NCBI GenBank assembly: GCA_048940445.1
Contig: JBHLON010000033.1
Span: 1 to 34,463 of the forward strand
DNA: 34,463 nt
Source of the DNA: Promethearchaeota archaeon
Lineage (GTDB): Archaea; Asgardarchaeota; Lokiarchaeia; Sigyniarchaeales; SOKP01
Direction: 5' to 3'
Both the position numbers and the translations under genes were made by a program. Numbering within the stretch: the first letter of the stretch is position 1; each line of letters opens with the position of its first letter. A model generated the notes under the pieces. It saw only the letters and a program-made list of their open reading frames with translations. It had not been told where the DNA came from and made no database searches. Positions 28,837 through 34,463 of the stretch are shown one piece after another.

Positions 28837-29871
28837 TCATTTTAAAATAATCATTTTATCAATTTTTTGATCTGTCAGTAAAATTCGATAGTATTCTTTG
28901 TTTTTTCTAAAAGTGACTCTTTCTAATTTACCTTCAACTAAAACCGTCTCTCCTTTAATAGCCTGCTCACAGAATCTCCCTCTATAAGATGCCACTTCAT
29001 AAATGTCATCTAGATTAATTTGATCTGTATCAATCTTATTAATTTTTAATGGTTTTATTTTATAGGAACAAGGGGTAAAAATCGCATTTAAAGAATCACT
29101 AATTTTTGCCTCAATCTCGATTCTTCCCATATTCTTATATAAATAGTCGTAATAGGTTCCTTTCCAGTCATTGGGGCTTTTTAAATATCTAATAAAAAAT
29201 TCAAACCCCTTATACATACCTTGATGTAATTTCCGTCTTTCAAATTGCAGAAACTTATCAAATGGTATAGCTGAACCACCTGCTCTCCATTGGTAATGAG
29301 ACAAATATTCTTGCTGAGTAAATTTTCTGCAATACATATCATTACTTAAGATAGTTGCTAGATTTTCTTGAAAATTTAGACTTGTTTCAGTTCCATAAAT
29401 TATTAAATCAATATCAGATTTTTCCCTACTCAATCCAACCATTTGGGATCCTGTTATACCAATTGCATGTTTCGGGATACCTCCTTTTTCAATAAATAAT
29501 TTGCACATCTCGATTGAACACTTTTCAAGATGATTAGTTTTTGTTTTCCTACAGAGGTTTTGATAATATTCAAGCGGAGAATAAATTTTTTTTATTTCCC
29601 TGTTTCTAACACCTTGGAGCTCGATGTCAAACTGATTAGAAAAAAAAAGAAATTTTGGATAGTTTTTTCTTAAGAATAAGTATCTCTCTGTTAAATCATA
29701 AATTTTTTTATATTTTTTTCCATACTTAATGCGATCCCCATCTGAACTTGGATAGAACCGAATAAAGCATACTTTACGATCAGGTGGATGATGGATTCCT
29801 TTTACATCGAAGAAAAGATTATTATTTCTTGTTTCGATATAATCTCCTTCAATTCCTTTTGGAATTTTCAT
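28837..29871 (-). CDS. Pol-beta superfamily nucleotidyltransferase (archaeal COG1665-like)
   Basis: GITGS..SDIDL.IYG motif; N-terminal EGD....F.VKG..HP; C-terminal OB-like segment. Confidence 0.85.
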   Translation of the reverse strand: MKIPKGIEGDYIETRNNNLFFDVKGIHHPPDRKVCFIRFYPSSDGDRIKYGKKYKKIYDLTERYLFLRKNYPKFLFFSNQFDIELQGVRNREIKKIYSPLEYYQNLCRKTKTNHLEKCSIEMCKLFIEKGGIPKHAIGITGSQMVGLSREKSDIDLIIYGTETSLNFQENLATILSNDMYCRKFTQQEYLSHYQWRAGGSAIPFDKFLQFERRKLHQGMYKGFEFFIRYLKSPNDWKGTYYDYLYKNMGRIEIEAKISDSLNAIFTPCSYKIKPLKINKIDTDQINLDDIYEVASYRGRFCEQAIKGETVLVEGKLERVTFRKNKEYYRILLTDQKIDKMIILK

Positions 29872-29892
29872 AAGGGTCCCGGAATGAAATAA

Positions 29893-30975
29893 TTAATATT
29901 TTGAAGGAGTTTTTGATTTTATTTTATATTTTGGTATCTCTTTAACCTTTCTTAATTCATTCTCAAATACTCTTTTTTCTTTAAGAAATCTCTCTTTGTC
30001 ATTCTCTAATTTTTCTCTTTCCCTTCTAATAGTATCTTTTTCATTACTAATATTTACCTTTTCTTTTTCTAATTGTTTTATTTCATTGTTTAATCCTTTG
30101 TATTTATCTTCTAATCCACTGATTTTATGTTCTAATGAAAAAAATGTGTTTTCTGCCTTTGGGACTTTCTTATCTAACTCACTTAATCTTGCCTCTTGTG
30201 TTCGTTTCTTCCGTTCTAAATCTTTTACATCATTTTCAACTTTGTCTCGAAATTTTTCTAAGTCTGTTCTTTTCTTTTCAATTTCACGATTTTTATCTTT
30301 TAGGTCTTTTCGTTTATAACGTAATTTTTCTTTTTCATCCTTTAATTTTCTTCTCTCATCATTGATCCTATTTTTTTCATCAACAATTTCTTTTTTCATA
30401 TCACCTATTTCTTTTTTCAGATTGTCTCTATCTTTACCCAATGCTTTTGTCTCATTTCTTAAATCAAGCAGTTCAGCTTCTAATTTTTCAATGGTTCTCT
30501 CTAAAGCTTCCTCTCTCCTTTCCATTCCTGGAATTTTAGTTTTTATTTGTTTAATGTGCGACTCTGCTCTTTCTTTTTCTTTTCTTAAGTCATCCTTATC
30601 CTTTTCTAACGCAGCTTTTAATTTACTTAGTTCGGTATTCTTTTGATCTAATTCTCGCTCTTTTGAATCTAGATCATTTCTATATTGTTTTACTTCATTT
30701 TTCATTCTTTGTAATTCATTTTGTAAGTTTCCATGTTGATCTAAAAGGTCTTTAACTTCAAGTTCTTTTTCTTTTCTTTTCTTTTCAAGATCTTTAATAT
30801 TATCCTTATATCCTTCAATTTTTTCGATTAATTTTTCCCATTCAACTTTCTCTTTCTTTAATTTTACTCTTTCTTGCTTTATCTGTTTCAATAATTTAGC
30901 ATCTGGAACAATATCTAATGTTTCTTCTGGTGTTTTTTCTCGAATTTGATATTTAGGTATTTTATTTTCTTTCAT
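29893..30975 (-). CDS. Long coiled-coil protein with matching IPKY..KTP end motifs
   Basis: ~320 aa of K/E/R-rich heptads; N-term KIPKYQIREKTP and C-term EIPKYKIKSKTP; no ATPase motif and no TM segment. Confidence 0.85.
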   Translation of the reverse strand: MKENKIPKYQIREKTPEETLDIVPDAKLLKQIKQERVKLKKEKVEWEKLIEKIEGYKDNIKDLEKKRKEKELEVKDLLDQHGNLQNELQRMKNEVKQYRNDLDSKERELDQKNTELSKLKAALEKDKDDLRKEKERAESHIKQIKTKIPGMERREEALERTIEKLEAELLDLRNETKALGKDRDNLKKEIGDMKKEIVDEKNRINDERRKLKDEKEKLRYKRKDLKDKNREIEKKRTDLEKFRDKVENDVKDLERKKRTQEARLSELDKKVPKAENTFFSLEHKISGLEDKYKGLNNEIKQLEKEKVNISNEKDTIRREREKLENDKERFLKEKRVFENELRKVKEIPKYKIKSKTPSKY

Positions 30976-31155
30976 TGTATCTATTTAATTATTCTTTCTT
31001 AATATTTAGATAATTAAGCAATATTTCTAAATTTTTTGTACCTAAATGACATATTTTATGATTTATTTATATATTAAGAGAATTATTATTTATATACAAT
31101 ATATTGAGATTAAGTTTAAAATTATTTTAATTATCTGTATTTAGGTGGTAAATCT

Positions 31156-31533
31156 ATGGGTTTTGATGAAGAATTTGATGATGAATTTGATGAAGATTTA
31201 GATGAAGATTTAGATGAACCTTCTACTAAAACTCCTACTGAAGAGGTTAAATCCAAGACCCCTAGTGTAAAACCAGTTGTTGAAGGAAAAAAGATTTCAG
31301 TATTCTTTTTATCAACTATAGGACCTGGGGAGAAAAAGCAAAAACTTTTAGTTTATACAGGAAACAAAATAGGAGAAATAAAAAAAACTGTAGCTAATTT
31401 ATTTGGTCTAGATCCTGCAGATTTTCATTTGTCTTCTGGAGGGGTTACTATGGAAGAAGATGCTGCATTAGCTGAATATAATGTAGCAGAAGGAGATGAT
31501 ATTTTATTAATTCCAGCAAGTACAGCGGGTTAG
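31156..31533 (+). CDS. Ubiquitin-like protein 1 (acidic N-tail, ends LIPASTAG)
   Basis: IGEIKK..FHLSSGGVTMEED..L.EYNV..GDDILLI parallels ubiquitin IENVKA..QRLIFAGKQLED..L.DYNI..ESTLHLV; terminal Gly directly before the stop; AGGTGG SD-like motif. Confidence 0.88.
   Translation: MGFDEEFDDEFDEDLDEDLDEPSTKTPTEEVKSKTPSVKPVVEGKKISVFFLSTIGPGEKKQKLLVYTGNKIGEIKKTVANLFGLDPADFHLSSGGVTMEEDAALAEYNVAEGDDILLIPASTAG
31162..31218 (+). repeat. 12-bp imperfect tandem coding repeat, (F/L)D(E/D)(E/D) x ~5
   Basis: tttgatgaagaa tttgatgatgaa tttgatgaagat ttagatgaagat ttagatgaa. Confidence 0.85.
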
Positions 31534-31579
31534 ACATGCCTGGACGATGTGAACAAGTGACTTATTGAAAGTTAAATTT

Positions 31580-32386
31580 TCATTTTTTTTCTTTTCTGGA
31601 AGGAATTAAGACAATCTCATCGTCATCATCTAAGTTATATTCAACCATTTTCAAATTTTCTTGTAAGATTAAACCTCCAGACGAGAGTACAAAATTACTT
31701 AAATCGTAATTGAATAGAACTCCCAGTTTCTCCTTGATTTCATTTACTAACTCAGAAGTTTCAATAATAATTATTTTAGTTTTTTCACCAGATTCGATTA
31801 AAGATCTGACATAAACTCGTATTCTATCTTGCATTCCAATATTTATTTTAGGGGGAGTGAAGATAATTAGTTGATCAGGATTATCTTTATTCTTTAACAT
31901 ATCCTCAATTAATTGCTTTCTTTCTTGAGGAGAAAAATACAATAATTCCCTTAAAAAAAAAATTTTGTCCATTTTTGAAAGATTTAGAAGATCAATTTTC
32001 TCCAATTCTTCTAAATTAAAAACTGAGAAGAGATAATCATCCATTGAGGGTATCTCATTATATGATTCATGTGAATTTGCATAGTTATCTATTAGAGGCA
32101 TTGCATCAAAATAATCCTCAATAAATTCACTTGTTTTTTTCCTTAATGATTTTTGTTTAGGCATAAATTTAGGTTTTGTAATCCTTTTATTAGGGACATA
32201 TTTAGACTTTTTTATAATATAAAAAGTACCAGTAGATACTACTGCTACACTACTAATCGTAAAAATAAGATAAAAAGGGAAGGATTCTATTTTTAATAAG
32301 AACAGAATTAGATAAACCAATATGAACATTGTATAAAGAGTAATAATTCCTATAATTCTAAATCTTTTTATCATGATTTTTTTCAT
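31580..32386 (-). CDS. Two-TM membrane protein with C-terminal ubiquitin-like domain lacking a terminal Gly
   Basis: Two N-terminal hydrophobic helices; C-terminal SGEK..VNEIKEKLG.LF....F.LSSGG....EYNL..DDEIVLIPSRKEKK aligns with the neighbouring Ubls. Confidence 0.85.
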   Translation of the reverse strand: MKKIMIKRFRIIGIITLYTMFILVYLILFLLKIESFPFYLIFTISSVAVVSTGTFYIIKKSKYVPNKRITKPKFMPKQKSLRKKTSEFIEDYFDAMPLIDNYANSHESYNEIPSMDDYLFSVFNLEELEKIDLLNLSKMDKIFFLRELLYFSPQERKQLIEDMLKNKDNPDQLIIFTPPKINIGMQDRIRVYVRSLIESGEKTKIIIIETSELVNEIKEKLGVLFNYDLSNFVLSSGGLILQENLKMVEYNLDDDDEIVLIPSRKEKK

Positions 32387-32448
32387 TTCTTTACAATTTT
32401 CTAATTTTTTATTTAAAATTTAAATTCAGTTGGTATAAATTTGAAATT

Positions 32449-33126
32449 TTAGTTTGATCTATTATTGATCAATTTGAGAATGTAATGATATTTTTCTAAA
32501 TCTAATTCAAATAAAGGTCTTTTATTTTCCTTTTCAACATTTATAATTTTTAAATTAGTTAAGACCTTTATGTACTTCTTAACTGTATTATAATTTTTTT
32601 TCAATTCTTTTGTGATTTTTGTTAATTTTACTTTTTTATTTTCTACTTTCATGAATTCAATTATTTCTTTTACGATATCTTGATTGAGATAATAATAAGG
32701 CTCATCTAATTCTGGATTTGAATCATATTCAAAAACAACTCGTTGATTTTCAATCTTTCGTGATCGTGTAAGTTGGAATTTCTCTAAGCATGATAAATGC
32801 CACAGAGCTTGATTACTCCCAATATTTATAGCTTTCATGATCTCATTAATATTTGATGGATTTTTTTTGATGTAATTGTATATTTCATTTCTTATTGGAT
32901 GTTCAATTATATTATTTTTCATTAGTTTTGTTCCAGGAATTATTATTCGTTTTTTGATTAGATTCTTTATGATTTTCTCAATCTTATTTCTATTTAAGTA
33001 AGGATAAGCTCTCGATCTATTATTAATAAAAGATATAATATTCTCTAATGAAAAGAAAGGTTTCTTATTTAGGTATTCTTTTACTAGTTCAAGAACAACA
33101 GAATCAACTTTATCTGGAGAACTCAT
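32449..33126 (-). CDS. Tandem winged-helix transcription regulator (ArsR-like/COG3398-like)
   Basis: R.EIYNYI..NP..INEI......WHL..LE.F and a second HTH LTKITKELKKNYNTVKKYIK.L. Confidence 0.82.
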   Translation of the reverse strand: MSSPDKVDSVVLELVKEYLNKKPFFSLENIISFINNRSRAYPYLNRNKIEKIIKNLIKKRIIIPGTKLMKNNIIEHPIRNEIYNYIKKNPSNINEIMKAINIGSNQALWHLSCLEKFQLTRSRKIENQRVVFEYDSNPELDEPYYYLNQDIVKEIIEFMKVENKKVKLTKITKELKKNYNTVKKYIKVLTNLKIINVEKENKRPLFELDLEKYHYILKLINNRSN

Positions 33127-33389
33127 AAGATATAATTTTTATTTTGTTTATAAATTTAATTTAGACATCCAAATCTTCTCTCTAAAACGATCTTTTCTAG
33201 TTCATATATATTATTAGATATTCATTTAATTTATAGATATATCTTAGAAAGAGCCAAGCTTCAATGCTATTTGTTTCTAAAGAAGTTGATAAAAAGTTCA
33301 AAATCATTCCAATTGGTTTTATAATATCTTGTTATTGCAATTTTATTAAGTTTAATTAAAAAAATAACAAAATAACGAAAGTGATATAA

Positions 33390-33716
33390 ATGAGTTTTAA
33401 AGATGAATTTGATGAAGATTTAGAACCTGTTAAATCTAAAACACCAGTATCTAAAACTCCTGCTGCGGGAAAGAAATTAACTTTATATTTTATGTCAACA
33501 ATCGGACCTGGTGAAAAAAAGGAAAAATTAATCGTAAATGATGCTAATCAAGTGAATGACATCAAACAAACTTTAGGAAATCTATTTGGACTCGATCCTG
33601 ATGAATTTCATTTATCATCTGGTGGTGTTACTATGGAAGAAGATAGTCAATTAAGAGATTACAATCTGAGTAATGGTGACGACATTCTTTTAATTCCAGC
33701 AAGTACAGCTGGGTAA
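33390..33716 (+). CDS. Ubiquitin-like protein 2 (acidic N-tail, ends LIPASTAG)
   Basis: 56/82 identical to Ubl1 over the beta-grasp domain (hand count); directly upstream of the E1 gene. Confidence 0.9.
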   Translation: MSFKDEFDEDLEPVKSKTPVSKTPAAGKKLTLYFMSTIGPGEKKEKLIVNDANQVNDIKQTLGNLFGLDPDEFHLSSGGVTMEEDSQLRDYNLSNGDDILLIPASTAG

Positions 33717-33748
33717 ATTTTTATATTTTTCTTCATAATGTATAAATT

Positions 33749-33778
33749 AAGGGCAATTAGCCCCTTTTTTTTTCTTTT
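33749..33778 (+). terminator. GC hairpin plus oligo-T between the Ubl2 and E1 genes
   Basis: GGGC-AATTA-GCCC followed by C, T9, C, TTTT. Confidence 0.55.
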
Positions 33779-33798
33779 ATTTATTAAAGGTGACTATA

Positions 33799-34463
33799 AT
33801 GAATAATAAATCAGAGTTTTTTGGCAAGGGATTATCAAGCGAAGAAAGAAATTTGTATGATCGCCAATTTCGCCTTGAAGGATGGTCTCAGAAAATAGTA
33901 AAAAACTCGAGAATATTAATTGCGGGTGTGGGAGGTTTAGGATGTGAGATTGCTAAGAATTTAGCTATGTTAGGTATAGGTCACTTAGATCTTGTAGATT
34001 TAGATATTATTGAATATTCTAATTTAAACCGACAAATACTTTTCACAGGGGTAAAGGTCGGTGTCCCTAAAGCGATTGCAGCTGCTAAAAAGTTAAAAGA
34101 AATAAATCCCAACATTATTGTTAAGGGATATCACACTTCACTTGAGAGACTAGATCCTGCAATTTATCAAGTAGCTGATGTGGTCATAGGAGGCCTTGAT
34201 TCAATGAATGCGCGTTTAAACTTAAATGCCCAATGTATAAGATTTAGAAAGCCATTAGTAGATGGAGGAGTCTCTGGTTATCATGGTCATATATATACAA
34301 TTTTTCCCTATCAGAATGCCTGTTATGAATGTGACCCGCTGCCTGTAATGGAAAGTGATGAAATGGCAGCATGTACTGTTGTTGGCATACCTCGTAAGAG
34401 AATTCATTGTGTTTTTAAGGGAGATATGGCATTTAAAGAAAAATTTGATAGAGATCCAAATCC
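33799..34463 (+). CDS. Ubiquitin-like activating enzyme E1 (ThiF/UBA family, UBA2/UBA3-like), 3'-truncated by the window end
   Basis: Read by hand; ATG after AGGTGA; YDRQ, GVGGLGCE, VDLDIIEYSNLNRQ, GLDS..AR, DGG, CYEC, then AACTVVGIPRKRIHC; open to the window end. Confidence 0.95.
   Translation, partial: MNNKSEFFGKGLSSEERNLYDRQFRLEGWSQKIVKNSRILIAGVGGLGCEIAKNLAMLGIGHLDLVDLDIIEYSNLNRQILFTGVKVGVPKAIAAAKKLKEINPNIIVKGYHTSLERLDPAIYQVADVVIGGLDSMNARLNLNAQCIRFRKPLVDGGVSGYHGHIYTIFPYQNACYECDPLPVMESDEMAACTVVGIPRKRIHCVFKGDMAFKEKFDRDPN

Noticed and set aside
29996-30646. Phe/Ser/Leu-rich + strand ORFs
   Set aside because: Antisense artefact of the Lys/Glu-rich coiled-coil gene
29893-30975. SMC/Rad50 call for the coiled-coil protein
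   Set aside because: No Walker motifs, hinge or zinc hook
31156-34463. MoaD/ThiS-MoeB sulfur-carrier interpretation
   Set aside because: No Gly-Gly terminus, a ubiquitin-type core, an E1 with a UBA2/3-like Cys motif, and no cofactor-biosynthesis genes nearby; disfavoured but not formally excluded

Overview
This very AT-rich archaeal chromosomal window has the gene content of an Asgard archaeon, most likely Lokiarchaeia/Promethearchaeia. That assignment is an inference from the Rab-like small GTPases, a longin/roadblock protein, V4R, archaeal AlaRS, DtdA, EndoQ, FtsZ and a ubiquitin-like locus. Most of the window is housekeeping and redox genes: Grx-FTR, PDO-PDO-TrxR, a CCG Fe-S protein, a GH38 mannosidase, Hsp20, SfsA, an Lrp pair, DtdA, AlaRS, FtsZ and EndoQ. 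The standout is the right end (29.9-34.5 kb), a candidate ubiquitin-like conjugation system. It has two paralogous Ubls with acidic/KTP-rich N-terminal tails, both ending in LIPASTAG (single terminal Gly), a two-TM membrane protein carrying a third non-conjugatable copy of the same Ubl domain, and a wHTH regulator. It also has a long coiled-coil protein sharing the KSKTP motif with the Ubl tails, and an E1 enzyme with a UBA2/UBA3-like catalytic-Cys motif that is absent from the ORF track and truncated by the window edge. Also noted: a longin+roadblock-like triple-domain protein, two unusual GTPase fusions, phased GTATTA repeats upstream of ftsZ, two unannotated micro-ORFs and a membrane-protein pseudogene. 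No rRNA, tRNA, CRISPR or mobile element was recognised by eye. All family calls come from motif recognition; no searches were run.
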